Source: Wallemia ichthyophaga EXF-994
Taxonomy: Eukaryota > Fungi > Basidiomycota
Assembly: GCF_000400465.1 (NCBI RefSeq)
Contig: NW_008806281.1
Location: 300,001-332,000, forward strand
DNA length: 32,000 nucleotides
Reading direction: 5' to 3'
Below the pieces are notes generated by a model. The model did not search any database. It worked only from the letters and a program-made list of their open reading frames with translations, and had not been told where the DNA came from. How positions within the stretch are numbered: position 1 is the first letter of the stretch; every line of letters begins with the position of its first letter. The position numbers and the translations under genes are program-made. Below are positions 7,935-20,670 of this stretch, piece by piece.

Positions 7935-9891
7935 CTAAAGCTCGGTTTTGATTTTATCCAATTTGGAGTGAATCTCCAAAACTATGCTATCGATATCTCC
8001 CTGTAGAAATATCTGCGTAATAGGTTGGCTTTGACATTCATTTTCATTCATGCCCCACTCACGTCTGGTTCCAGGCCTTTGATGGGCGTTTTGTTTATTA
8101 CTACGATGGGAACTTTGTGGGGTATGTGTGCTGTGAAGGTTAGGTCACACCATGCACTGAGATTCTCCGCTCACAGATAAACTCTGATATCGGTGCAACC
8201 TTAAGCAAATCAGCTTGAGACATCAAAACAGCGGCTTGCACTCACGGACATGGAAGTACCCAGCACCAGAATGAGATCGGTGGCCTGAGAGTCGTCTAGA
8301 ACTCTTTGTTCATAATCAGAGTGAACATCTTCACCGAAAAATGTCTGTAGTTCGTGAGTACGTTTGGATATCTTCAACTGAATGCTCACAATGGTAGGCT
8401 TCGTTCGTCCAGTTAGTCTGACAAAAGATGAAAAGAAGAACCCACCTTCAAGTAGGGTATATCTTCATTTTTGGTATCGAAGAATGTAATAACAGCATCA
8501 TCAGACACATCCAGTGGTGCGACTGTATTGTTATCAGTTGAATCGCTTTTGCGTTTCTTGCGTCTACGTCTGTATTCTTTAATACATTTTTTCGTACAGA
8601 CGGGCACACCTCCCCCAAGTATCACGTGTGAGAAATCTTGTGTGTGTCAGCTGCACTTTAATATCGTTGGACAACGACATACCATCTGTATTGTACATCT
8701 CGCCACATCGCAGACACTCAAGAAAAGCGAATGTTCCTTAGTCATATTTGTTAAAAACCATCATCCCAATACGGATTCCTACTAACCGTGACATTCGAGC
8801 AGAAGGTCTACCCCAGCTTTACGCTCAAGGCTATCTGTGAAAGCATGTCAAGATTGCTTGGCTAGCTAGGAAAACACACGGGGACATACCTATGCTTCGT
8901 GCTTTGAGCCAATGAATAGACTTAAGAGGAACGACTTACTTTTGGGTGTAATTTCTCAGCAGCTGTAGGGTATTAGTAGGTGTCCCGAGATGAAATGCTA
9001 CTTACTGTATCACTATCCTGTAAAGCCTTTGTAGTCGTCAGTCGTGTTGCTATGTCTCAGGCAGACACACCTTGACAAATTTATGGGCAGGGCCGGGACT
9101 GAAATGAGTCGGCATAATGTTCTTGGCCACTGAGCTGTATATTTATATGAGCTTCACTACATCTGCCTGGATCTCACCCACTAAAAGAGTCTTGGATGTG
9201 CTACAAAGGTAGCCTTTTGCGTTTCTTATAAGCAAAGCCATATCCTTGAATGAATCATACCGCACCAAGTCAAAAATCTGTTCAGGTTCGTCTATTTCTG
9301 GATAATTGCGTCGCTTAATCTGGTCGTAGATACCGTCTGGAGAGCGGAAGTCGGGCTTTGTGGGGTTAGAAGGATATTCTAAAGTGTAGAGAAGCCTCAC
9401 GATTCCACGATTGACAGATATCTGAGCTGGATCAGACTGGAATGTCACGGCAGGAATGCAACTCACACCGGCGCCAGAGACGACTAAGATGTTTGAAGAG
9501 ATGGAAATCAGGTTTATTGCTGCATCATAGGTCTCCGGAATTGAAATTCTACTGCGCTGTTTACCAATTTGAATGGCTTTACGTTTGAGCAGCTGAGTTG
9601 AGTGAGTGGATGAGGAAAACTGGGGAATGAAATCTACCTGCTTCAATTGCACTGAAGACTTCCTCTCTAATCCAGTGCACTCGCTGTCCAGGTCCCTGAT
9701 CACTCGCCGGATATCTGTGCTGTCATCCGTGCTGTCATCATCATAAATACGTTTGATGAACGTTGCAGCGCCTGCAGGCAATAAGGATGAGCCAGCTATA
9801 GAAGCACCAGCCTACCAAGTTCCCTTATCGATCTCAGGCTGTTGTTATCCAAATCCTTATCTGTGCCATCTGTGCCATCATCGTGGTGCAT
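7935..9891 (-). CDS. SIR2: NAD-dependent deacetylase, SIR2/HST1-like sirtuin, 402 aa, 17 exons
   Basis: Manual splicing of 16 GT-AG introns (43-55 nt, 748 nt in total) leaves 1209 nt in frame. The product has GAGISVNRGIPDFRSPDGIY, RNYTQNIDSLE, ECHGTF, Zn ligands CLRC and CTKKC, KPTITFFGE, VLGTSMSV and INKT. Confidence 0.92.
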
Positions 9892-10105
9892 ATCCAAAGA
9901 TGATAACTTTAAAATAAGCGTTGATTTTACAAATACAATTTACAAGATTACGTTATGACGTGATTTACTTTAATTTGATTCTGTTCGTTGTTATTCAGTT
10001 TGGTATAAAATACTAAAATACTCCAATTCCCTGTGTCTTAAAACATTTTCAAATTCCGCATGTTTCTTTTATTTCCTTTCTCCTATTCTTTTTTTTTTTT
10101 TTTGT

Positions 10106-12942
10106 CTAAACAGAAGTCCTGCAAATTTTCTTCTTAAGTCCATGAAGTCGCTTCTCAATTGACGTTTTGTACTGTAAGAACATGTTTCTGTCCTCATCAT
10201 CGTTAGTATGTGCATCTAGAAGTCCCTCAAGAATCCACAAGCTAGTTTCGTACGCCGCCTCGCACTTATAGACATCCTCTCCCATCAGCTCATCCAGTGC
10301 ACTCGCTCTTGCAATTTCCATCCCTCTCTCGAATAGCATTTGACTCACATACTCCACACTATCTATTATCTCATTCCCGCACTTTCCTTTTGCATAATCA
10401 GCTTTATCGAAGCAATCATTGTACTTGTATCTGAACCACTGTACAGCATCGTTGAGACCATTGGAAAAAGACTGAGTCTGCGTGCTACTCCGTCCTGTCA
10501 TATATTTCACTACTAGTTCTCCGCCCTGCGATAGTACTGTAGATGCTCTGATGTAGAGTAGGACGGCTTCTGCTGCCAGCTTCTCACCATTGTCGTATGA
10601 TTTACTGCTCATTACACCGTTAGCAATATCTTGAGATGCACGCTGCTGACAGTAGCTATAGAAACATGGTGGCAACCCACTCATCTCGTCAAGATTTTTT
10701 GAAGACGGAACATTCCCATGTTCGGTCGCTATCGCTTGGTATAATTTTGAGTCAGCGAAATCAAATATAACAAAAGCTTTCTGAGCGAGTTCTTCTAGTT
10801 GTCGGAGTATATCCGTCTCCTTCTGCTCGTTGTATGCATATGAATAAGCTTTGTTGCCTCCCTTGACTAGCGCCAACACTCGTCCAGGCGTTCCACTACC
10901 AAAAAGCCTCAAGCTAGCTAAATTGATAGCCCGCGTTAGCGCACTCTTGGGCTGATGCGACTGAGGCTGATGCGATAGCTGAGGATGCGCACCCTCCTTC
11001 ACTTGCACATCGTGCGCTACTTGATGGTATGCCTGGTTGTACACTGGTGCAGGCGTTGTTGGACTGATCGATGGTCTGCGAGGGAACGAACCGAAACCAG
11101 CGCTCGTTGGAGATGTACCAGGTAGTGGAAACTTAGAAATATAGTTGTTTGGAGGCGTGTTTCCTACTTTTGCTTGAGTTGCTGCAGCTGCAGCTGCGTT
11201 GACATTAGGATCAGAAACACGACGAAGGGTGTCTCCAAAAACACCTGTACCTGGTCCACCGTAATTTCCGCGACTGTTCAATCTTCCGACGACAGGCTGG
11301 CGTCTTGCTGCAGCTGCCATGTCATCAGCGAGGTTGTTAATCTCTACGGCATTTTTCTCAATCACGACATACTCCTTGCCGACAATTGAATCTTCGTTCG
11401 CTGGTAATTGAAACTTTGAAATGCGAGTTTCTGATGTATCATTGATGCGCTCGTTGAAACCTAATTGCAGTCCACTGAACTTTTCCACGCTAGGTGTTTG
11501 TTAGCTTTGTGTAGATAGCAATTAAATCACCCACCTTTCGCCGAGACTAGTGCACCTGGCTAATGATTGTTCTCTAGGACTGCTGCTCTTTGGGGAAGTA
11601 GAGGGAACAGCATTCGTCGTAGCTGCTCTAGATGGCCCAACTATATATTTTGGCGTAAAAGAGGGTCTTCTTGTTGTTGCGACGGCGTTGTTAGATGTAT
11701 CAGGGGAAGTGACATGAGTAGTGAGTGGTGGTCGGCTTGTAGATTGTACAGGTTTTGATATACTTAATGGAGACGTACCAAAAGTCTCTTTGGCAGCTTC
11801 AGCGTAGACATTTTGAGTGCACTTTGAGTCTTTCTCGAAAGAATCGAAACCGGGCCAGCTGAAGAATTCGTCAAACGATATCCTCTCAATGGGATGCCTC
11901 TTGAGCAGAGATCTGATTATGTCTTTGATGTCCCTGGGGATATCTACCTCTGACGAAGAAGGAAACTTAATCTTATCATCAGATTTCTCGATCTTACGGA
12001 GAAGCTCAACATGGTTCTGAGCTCTAAAAGGAGGTCTTCCAGTTGTCATTTCATACATGACAGCACCGACACTCCAAAGGTCGGCTTTAGCGTCGTATTT
12101 CTCATAGCGCAAAATTTCAGGGGCCATATAGAGTGGAGAGCCGCAGAGAGTTTCAGCCATAGTAGCGGCAGGGAGATTTCTAGCAAAGCCAAAGTCAGCG
12201 ACTCGGAGAATAGGGATGCCGATAGGATGACCGTTGGCTATAGCAGTGGTGTCTGGGGGCTGTAAAAGGAGATTCTGAGGTTTGATATCACGGTGCATAA
12301 GGTCCTGAGAGCGGAGGAACAACAAAGCTTGGGCTGTTGAAGGAATTTGTTAGAATGGATTGCTTATCGTGAGATTGAATGATGAGCTCACCGAGCTGAC
12401 CAGAAAATGAGCGTACGACACGCTCGTCTAAGCCACCAAGCTGTGGGTGCTTGTAGAAAGCGGCATGGCCAACGCCTTCAAAGCCAGATGGCCAGTACTC
12501 GAGAGTAGGAACCTCGCCGCGTTTCTTGATGTAGCAACTAAGATCGCCACCGGAGCAGTAACTTGTGACCAAGTGGATATGAGTTGGAGTTTTTATGCAA
12601 TCGAGCAAGCCGACTACGTTTGGATGCTGTATACGCTTGAGGATGCTTATCTCGGCCTCTAGATTATCAAGCAACTTGGCGGTGAGCCTTGATCTGATAA
12701 CGGATTTAATAGCGCAAGAGCTAGCCTTTGGATTCTGATATAAATGAATATATGTCAGTGACTGTGATCATGACTGTGATTACACCATCACTTACGCTAC
12801 TCGAGTGCCAGCCGTGGTAAACGATGGCAAATGAACCTTTTCCAATCTCTCTACCGAAACACCATTCTCCAATTTGCTTGTCTGTGATGCTCATAGATTT
12901 ACTTGATGGTTGTCGAAAATCACGATAGCGATCTTTCGACAT
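10106..12942 (-). CDS. ATG1: Autophagy Ser/Thr kinase ATG1 (kinase domain, low-complexity linker, C-terminal tandem MIT-like region), 3 introns
   Basis: [76 protein letters not shown], and a C-terminal region typical of Atg1 ([15 protein letters not shown]; [14 protein letters not shown]). Confidence 0.95.
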
Positions 12943-13083
12943 TAGGCGGCAAACATAATTTTAAATTAAATGTATATTTCTCTACAAGTACAATCCTTAG
13001 CTTCAGCTTTCGCCATTCTCACTTTCTATGTGATAGATTTTCTCTCCTTGTTTCACCATACGCGGCACGCAACACGCCCCCAC

Positions 13084-14451
13084 TCAGAGCGATCCCTCAA
13101 TATCCTTCACAATGAACCTGTTAAAGTCCTCTGGATTATCCAAATACAGATGATGTCCTGTACGTCGTTATCAATTGAGTTTTCTGCGTCTTATGACCTC
13201 ATTTATCTCACCTGCTTTTGGCGTCTCCTCATATTTTACTTGAAATCCCATCTCCTTCATCTTATTGAACGCCTCTAGCCCTCCACTCACCCAATCCACT
13301 GATCCATGCATGAACGTCACCGGAATCCTCTTATCTAAATGTTCAATTCTATCAATAAGCGGTAATCTCGCGTATGCACCGTAGCTTAGTAAATGCGTGA
13401 TTGAATACTCTGATGACGCCTTTCTGATACTGATAGCGTATATGTAATGATACAGATCTCTCTGCAAGTCCTCTGACAGCGTACTAAACCTCCGCAGGCT
13501 ATAGCTGCTCACAAGCATTGGTCCAAAAAAAAGGCTCTTCCGGAGAATATCAAATGGACTAAAGTTTCTGTCTTCCCACAAGTACCTCACTAGTCCTTTC
13601 ATTGCCTTTCTCGTACGTGTTTCAGGCACATCAGAAAATTCATGCGAGCGTGTTTCAGTTTGAGCCTCTTGAAGGTCCTGATTGAGAGATTCCTGGGTTG
13701 CGATCTCGGGATTATTAGGGAAACCAATAGGCGAGATGAGAATCAGTTTCCTTACGTGTTGCGGGTATCTTAACGCGTAAACTGTGCTAAGATAGCCACC
13801 CAAACTATGACCGACCAGAATCATGCGATTAAGACCTTGAGCCTTTCTCCAGGCTTCTAAAGCATCAGTAAAAAAGTCCTCGGCCGCCGCTACCCGCTTT
13901 TCTACGGGTTGTGATGAAGATATGTTTGGGAATTTAACCCTTTCACTCAATCCCATTCCAAGGACATCCATTCCATAGAATCTGGTTTTAGGAATGGATC
14001 CTAAGGCTTGTAGATTATTCAAGAAGAAGAAAGTTGCTGTGATGATATGTGTTAGAATTATGACGTTTACTGATAAGTACGCACCTGCGGCGTATCCGTG
14101 GCTACAAACAATAGGAACTTCATCTTGATCACTGGGCTTTGGGTACTGACCAATTTCGAGCGTATTAATCTTTACGGGATTTGTGAAGGACGGGTGGCTG
14201 ATATCTACGAGTGAAGTGAACGCCACACGCGTAGGTTCTTCGAGCTTATCGGCGTCATCCTTGCTCACCCTATTAAATGGCAGCTTAGAGAACATTCTGT
14301 GCTGTGATTTCAAGCCATCGTCGTCCGTGTAGTTCCACCACGCTTTGATTGATTGCTTGAGCGTGCGTGGTACTTCAAGTACGCTTTCAACGCCACTATA
14401 CTCATCTACACGACTATCACGGCTATCATTATCGATATTCCCATCTGTCAT
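13084..14451 (-). CDS. Alpha/beta-hydrolase of the ABHD5/CGI-58-ICT1-CLD1 family (lipase/acyltransferase-like), 2 introns
   Basis: HGYAA, DVLGMGLSER, nucleophile elbow GHSLGGY, LILISPIG, HGSVDWV. A final exon after a GTGAGA..CAG intron supplies GHHLYLDNPEDFN, with the stop at 13084-13086. A 48-nt in-frame intron follows HGYAA. Confidence 0.88.
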
Positions 14452-14474
14452 TCTACCTTTGTATTCAAACAGCG

Positions 14475-16378
14475 ATGTCGAAATCGTGAGTCTAATTCAA
14501 TTCGCAGATAAGAGCAATAAAAACTAAAAATCTCAGTAAATATGATTTAATCGTTAGAACTAGATATCAGAATCAGATTCCTGCACCTAAATTTGGTCCT
14601 AAATTGATCAATATCGAACCAAATTTACAAAGACTGGGTGACTACAACTTCACAGCGGATTTGGTCGCGGAGCAGCCACATGCAATGCTCGCCGATGCTG
14701 AATCTGGTATGCCCCTACAGCTACAACACTTTGCTGAGTTATGGGATGATCACGATGAGGATGACGAGCATATTCATCTCAATCCAGAAGCTGACGTCGA
14801 ATTGGATGACGATGACTTGGCCTTATTGGTTGATCCTGCCGATGTTTCTCTGCGTGGTAATACCACTCTTAATTCTGGCACTACCACACCAGATAAACCC
14901 TCTCAAGCTTCAAATAAGGCGTGGTTGTATAAATCCAAATACTCAAACTTAAACGCTTCAGAAGTTAATGAAAAGCGTACCAACTACTCTAAAGCTGCTC
15001 TCTCACGAAAGCAATCTTCTGACGTTAGAGTATACGATGATACTCCCGAAGGCCGAGCACAAGAGATTGAGTCAACTTTCCAGTGGGACACACGTCAACC
15101 ATCGTCACAAGAGTTGTCTGAAATCACACACCCTCAAAAGAAACATCTCAAAGCTGTTGATACCTACGACTTTTTACCTGACTTTGAAACCTTTGCCAAC
15201 GATTATTTCCTTATGCGATTTGCTGATGATCCTTCTGATCGTACAACATCCTCTGATCATCGTTTACACAATGGTATACTAAGACCAAGATACGCAGATA
15301 ATGGTGAAACTTGGTTGCAGTACTATTTGCCTGAAAGTGATGAACAGTATGCACTTCTCAGATCTAAATTTGAAGCAGAAACCTTACCTGAAGATGTCGA
15401 TGAACAGCAAAGAGTTATATTCAATTATATTAGAGAATACAATGTCACGAATGAGCAGAAAGATACCAATGATATACTTCTCATGTTTGATAATGGTGAC
15501 AGTAAACCACCTGGATCTACAGTAATCAATCCCTCACTTGCATCTGCCAGACCGCGTGGAAAGGGTGTTTATTACAAGCATATGCCGACGAGAATGACAT
15601 TGAAGAAGCGTAGACCTAAGGTGAGTGGTTTTTATCTGTGAAAACACTAACTCATTAAACAACTACACAGGATGAAGAAGATGAAGACATGTGGGACAAG
15701 ATTCAACTCGGATTAGAACCTCTCAACGAAGAAGAGGTTAGTGAAAGGATGGCAATTGACGATTACTTTATGCCAGCTGGACCACAAAGAGCCAAAGAGA
15801 AGAAGGAGGAACAGAGGCAGATGGAAGATGCAGCCAAGGAGGAGGAGAAGCTGCGCATAAAATCTGAGAAAATACAGCACAAGCAGGATCTCGAAAAGGA
15901 GCGCAAGGCAGCAATGGAAGAGCAGATAAGGAGGGAGGAGGAAGATAAGATTGGAGTTAATGCTTCCAAGTCTGACGAAAGCGAGGATGAAGAATTTGGT
16001 GATAAAGAAGAGGAAGATGAGGATAAGGATGGTGATGAGAGCAAAGGTAACAATAACAGCAAAGAGAAGGAAGTGCCTCGGTCGTCTCCTCCTGGAAGTG
16101 ACGATGGCGAGCACGATAATGTGACTAGTGAGGCGGCTAGTAAGGAGATAGATGAGGCAATTAGGAGAGAGATAGATCAGAGGCAAACAGGTAATGATAA
16201 CAGAGATGTAAATATGAGGTCCGCTTCACCGCCGACAGATGGAGATAAGCCGGAATCAAAGGGTAGTGGGCAGCCTGAAGACGCTCAAGAGGCTCAAGAA
16301 GCTCAAGAAACATCTGCATCGTCTGCACCCCCAGCCACTAACACCGAGACATCTCCCGGCGGTGAAAAAGCCGAGTGA
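14475..16378 (+). CDS. PAF1: RNA polymerase II-associated factor Paf1; introns 14486-14536 and 15621-15670
   Basis: The spliced N-terminus MSKSKYDLIVRTRYQNQIPAPKFGPKLINI matches the Paf1 start. DAESGMPLQL, AWLYKSKY, IESTF, HPQKKHLKAVDTYDFLPD and YYKHMPTRMTLKKRR are present, followed by an acidic tail. Confidence 0.9.
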
Positions 16379-16800
16379 AAAGAATCTAGACAAATTTTAC
16401 GAGTAATGGAATATTTGAATAAATTATTTTATAATCACAAAGATATCTTTTAGGCTGGGAAACGCCGCGCACGCTTAGATTTAGAACGTCTGCACGAGTC
16501 GGCAAGAGGAACGGCGATGAAAAGCGTGCCGCTGATTTAGCTGAGCTTCGGTCATTAGGGTGAATAAAAGGAATTGAGAATTGTCTGCGTGGGTTTTGAC
16601 ACAAGCCACGATAAACACGATTGTCACACGATTGAAATAAGATTACTACCGAATAAGACATCACGCCACTCACACCACATACACGCCACACAAACTAATC
16701 TAAAAACGGCAACCGGATTAAGATAGTTGATATAATCACCGAACTCACCTCGGTACACTTTAAACCATCACAAAGACAAGTAAAACAGAGAATCACGCCA

Positions 16801-17467
16801 ATGCACTTTCTTAATCTGCCTGTGGAGGTGATAGAGGAGGTTTATAAACATGCCAGTACAAAGTCTTATATTGCATTAACACAAACGAATCATAGCATGT
16901 ATGCGATTGGACATGCGACATATATGCTCAATTGGATACTATCACGGAGGGTTTCTGTGGAATATGGCGATGAGGATGATACATTTCCATGGTCTCTGTT
17001 TAGAGAAGGCCTCAAACAGACGTCGCTGTGTCCTCGCTGTGCACTAAAGCGGACGAGAAGAATAATGGGTGCTAGTGGCCAGAGTCTTTCGGAGGGGTGT
17101 CAGCGGATACACTTTACACAGGCGCATGCACATATGCACATACACACACAAACACAAACAAATACGCAGAATGATGACGCAACTGAGACAGATATACCTT
17201 CACAGTTGAGCTCGAGGAGGGGCAGTGCAGATAGCGCGTTTTCTTCGCTTAGTAGTGGTGCATTCAGCGAGACAGATGAAGGCGGTGATGATAGGTCGGT
17301 GAGCATTTTCGGTAGAATGAGCTATACTAACAATTCTCAGCGCTGCCCTCACATTGAACACACTTAACACACTCAGCATGATAGAGCAAGATCAAACTGA
17401 TAAATTCAACTGTCTAGCTCACTCTGTCTCACCAGCCGCGGCTTCGATGCTCGCGTGGCTCATGTGA
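16801..17467 (+). CDS. F-box-like protein; the 3' end depends on donor choice (stop at 17367 or 17467)
   Basis: N-terminal MHFLNLPVEVIEEVYKH..YIALTQTNHSMY fits the F-box pattern. An intron with CTAAC..CAG ends at 17340. Donor 17295 gives a tail ending AASMLAWLM*; donor 17299 gives RCPHIEHT*. Confidence 0.5.
17122..17165 (+). repeat. Imperfect CA-rich microsatellite inside the CDS, encoding HAHMHIHTQTQTNTQ
   Basis: GCGCATGCACATATGCACATACACACACAAACACAAACAAATAC. Confidence 0.6.
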
Positions 17468-17612
17468 ATAGAAATCACAACATCCACATTAACATCAACA
17501 ATACATTAATATGCACCATCTAATCAAACATTAACACAATCTTACGCACTTGTCAATACTATCATCAATTCATGTAATTCTACCAACAAAGAAAAAAAAA
17601 ATTGTACATTGC

Positions 17613-19321
17613 TCACTGCTGCACTGGGTAATAAGACTGTTGAGCACCAGCACCACCTTGTGCACCACCATACTGATCATTCACAGTCACATGCTGAAAC
17701 TGCTGATCAAGACTGGTAGAGCTGAGTTGAGCGGGGTTGGGAGGTGGTGAGGAGAAAGCTGGAGCTGGAGCACCAGTCACAGCATAAGGTGAGGTTTGAC
17801 TGTAAGTGTACTGAGGAACACCAGCAGCAGCAGCAAACTGATTCTGGTTTGGTGAAACCACACCAACGTTAGGATTGGTATTGGCATTAGTAGCTGCTTG
17901 TGCAGCGTAATATTGCGCCCATTGCTCATCGTATGGACCTGGCTGGAACTGGACTTGTTGTGGGTGTTGAGCGGGTTGAGCGGGTTGAACGGTTTGCGCA
18001 TGTTGCGGGTGTGCTGGGTATGGTGCATACTGTTGTGGCGGTGGCTGGTGGTATGGAGATGTACTTGGCGGCTGCTGATATGGAGATGCGTTTGGTGGCT
18101 GTTGATGCTGATGCTGCTGATAAACACCTACACCCGGACGCTCCATCATACCCGCAAAGAGATCTCTCGCTTGGTTGAACCTTAGATTAATTGCAACGAG
18201 TTCATCTTTCTTGCGTGAGTATTTGTCAATAAGTTTGACAATCTTTGGACGTAATCTGAGTGTCTTGTCGTAGAGATCCTTTAAGAAGTTGGAGAGTTAA
18301 AGGGTTATTTAGGTTAGATGCACATGAAACTCACCTGAATCTCTTCATTATCGTCTATAGTCTCACCTCTACTAGGATCTACACCTTGCAACAAGCGCAA
18401 CAAACGATCAACATCGCCAGCACTATCGAACAACTCAGCTTCGAATTGAGCCTCGGAGGTGATTTGAGAAGGGGTGAGATTTGGGAGAATTTGGACGTAG
18501 TTGACGGGGAAGATACCAATTTCACCACTCAACTCACCTCTCCACCAGTCTTTGTGGATGGATTCAAGGACGGTAATAATATCACCATTGCAGAAGCCGA
18601 GTTCGTTAGGTTCTTGTGGTTCAAAATCGTATAAAGCTTTAACGCGTTGTGTGGGAGCGTTTTGAGTTTGTGGAATGGGTGAAGGAGACAAGTTTGATGG
18701 AGGGGGGATATTGTTTGATTGAGAGGTTGAAGGGAGGTTCGCGGAGATATCCTCCGTGTTGAATCTGCCACCAATGTCAGTTTTGGACATTTCGAGTACC
18801 TTTTGGAGTTGGTCTTCTTCTTCCTTGAGTTTATCGTAATCAGGGGAAGGAGGAGGGTTATTGTGGGTATTTGAAGGGTAAATGTGCTGATTAGCGAGAT
18901 TATCTGCAAGTTCCCTCATTAAACCCAGGGTGGTTGAATCATTTGAGTTATCAAAGACATCAGACCAATTGTAGACCAAATCTGTGGCAGTATCCTTAAC
19001 TCTCTGATCAGAGTTTCTGTCAGTGATAAGTCTTTGCAGCGACTGAGTGAAAGAAAGAGAAGCGACATCAGAGTGGAGTGATTCAGAGTTCTTTAATAAG
19101 AAGTCCACCAATTTAAGTGAAAGTATTTGGGTGTTGTAATGCCTATGTGATAGACGTTTGTGTATTTGAGCGATAATTAGCTTAGAATTGGTGGCGGCGT
19201 CCTGGCCAAGCTTATCAAGCAAATCAAAATATAAATCGTATGGCTCTGATTCGTGAGATTCACTTGTAGCGTTGGTAACTTCAGATTCAAATTTATTATC
19301 CTTTTCTTTGAATAAGTTCAT
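17613..19321 (-). CDS. HSE1: ESCRT-0 subunit Hse1/STAM (VHS, UIM, SH3, GAT-like, P/Q-rich tail); intron 18334-18279
   Basis: VHS start FESEVTNATSE..DLLDK, UIM EEEDQLQKVLEMSK, SH3 VKALYDF..ELGF..GDII..WWRGE..GIFPVNYV, and LRPKIVKLIDKYSRKKDELV after splicing. Confidence 0.93.
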
Positions 19322-19339
19322 CGTTGTATTTATACCTTG

Positions 19340-19850
19340 ATGGCTTCAGTAAAGAGTGAGCTGGCCGTTACGTGTATTTCCGTCTAACACGCATCAGCAC
19401 CTAGAAATTTTAGACTCCTAGAGGAACTCGAGAAGGGTGAAAAGGGTATTGGCGATGGATCCATATCATATGGTCTCGCAGATAGTGATGACATTTCCAT
19501 GACTCATTGGAATGCCACTATAATTGGTCCTGGCCATTCAACGCACGAGAATAGGATCTATACGCTGTCTGTGGAGTGCGGCAATGGCTACCCGGCAACT
19601 CCGCCAATTCTGCGCTTTATCAGCAAAGTCAATTTACCTTTTGTCTCAAACACAGGCAGTATTGATACTTCCAAGTTCACAACGCTAAATAAATGGAATG
19701 ACGCTACAACTATCGAAAAGATTCTCGTGGATTTGAGAAGGTGAGGTGGAAGTTTGGTGGCGTATCAGCCGTTTAACACACTTTTACAGGGAAATGGCTG
19801 CACCTGATAATAGAAAGCTACAGCAACCAAAGGAAGGCGAGTACTTCTAA
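19340..19850 (+). CDS. MMS2: Ubiquitin-conjugating enzyme variant Mms2/Uev1; introns 19356-19397 and 19741-19789
   Basis: [75 protein letters not shown]. Confidence 0.96.
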
Positions 19851-20364
19851 TGCTGGTCTTTTTCTTTTTTTAGCCTCAAATGACGTCACTTTAATTGAAA
19901 TGACAGCTGTACGATATCTTTAGATTTACACTGCCATTTAATCATTTTACATTATAAATCTTATTAAAAATCTTATCACACTTCCCCTTTTGCCCACTTA
20001 AACACACTCTCTCAATTTTTATTGTGTCGGCCAATCCGGGCTAGAGATCAAGGAGAAGTTGCGGCTATACCTTTCTCGTACGTGTATCATGTAATAAACA
20101 TGTTTATACCATTGTTACGCACTTTCTTACGCGCTTTTTTTTTTACGGAATATTCGAATCTATTTGTGTTTCTATTAGTGCGTTTGTTTATGCATCTATT
20201 CATGCGGCTTTTGGGGGAGTAATACCGGCAATGCCAGCAAATTTAAATCGGACACTGCAATATCCAATGATTCACCGATTAAATTACTTTTCACACTCCC
20301 CGTTTGACATCTCCAGGCGTCATCATTGCAGCCGATATTTGGTGATTACAGCGGGTAAAGTGGA

Positions 20365-20393
20365 CTAATTTGGGCTAATTTGGGCTTAATTGG
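20365..20393. repeat. Short tandem repeat upstream of DAO
   Basis: CTAATTTGGG-CTAATTTGGG-CTTAATTGG. Confidence 0.5.
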
Positions 20394-20670
20394 TTGACAA
20401 GTGTATTCGATTGAATATCGCCTTCGATCTATTAACCCAGCCGCTCCACCTAATGCCAATACACGCCATTCCCCGCTTTGCCCAATCAAATCTGCACTGG
20501 CTAGGCACACCCGGGCAAACGTACGTCAACCGTGCGCAACAATACAAGGACAATCTTTGGCCGGTGGCAGACACATTTCTGGGATTTAAATTCCTTCCTT
20601 CTTCACTCTTCATTCCAAACAGAGCAGAAATCACATCGGCAGATTTCATACAACTTATAAAGGAACAATC

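Noticed and set aside
10089-10103. T15 tract just beyond the ATG1 stop codon
   Set aside because: Ordinary poly(dA:dT) tract in a terminator/promoter gap; ATG1 has introns, so it is not a retrogene tail.
15713-16186. Hydrophobic antisense ORFs opposite PAF1, and similar shadow ORFs over STL1, HSE1, DAL1, CHL4 and the last gene
   Set aside because: Expected mirror frames of charged or low-complexity coding sequence; no independent evidence.
19881-19888. Perfect TGACGTCA palindrome
   Set aside because: Lies 30 nt after the MMS2 stop and about 780 nt from the DAO start; cannot be assigned to a promoter.
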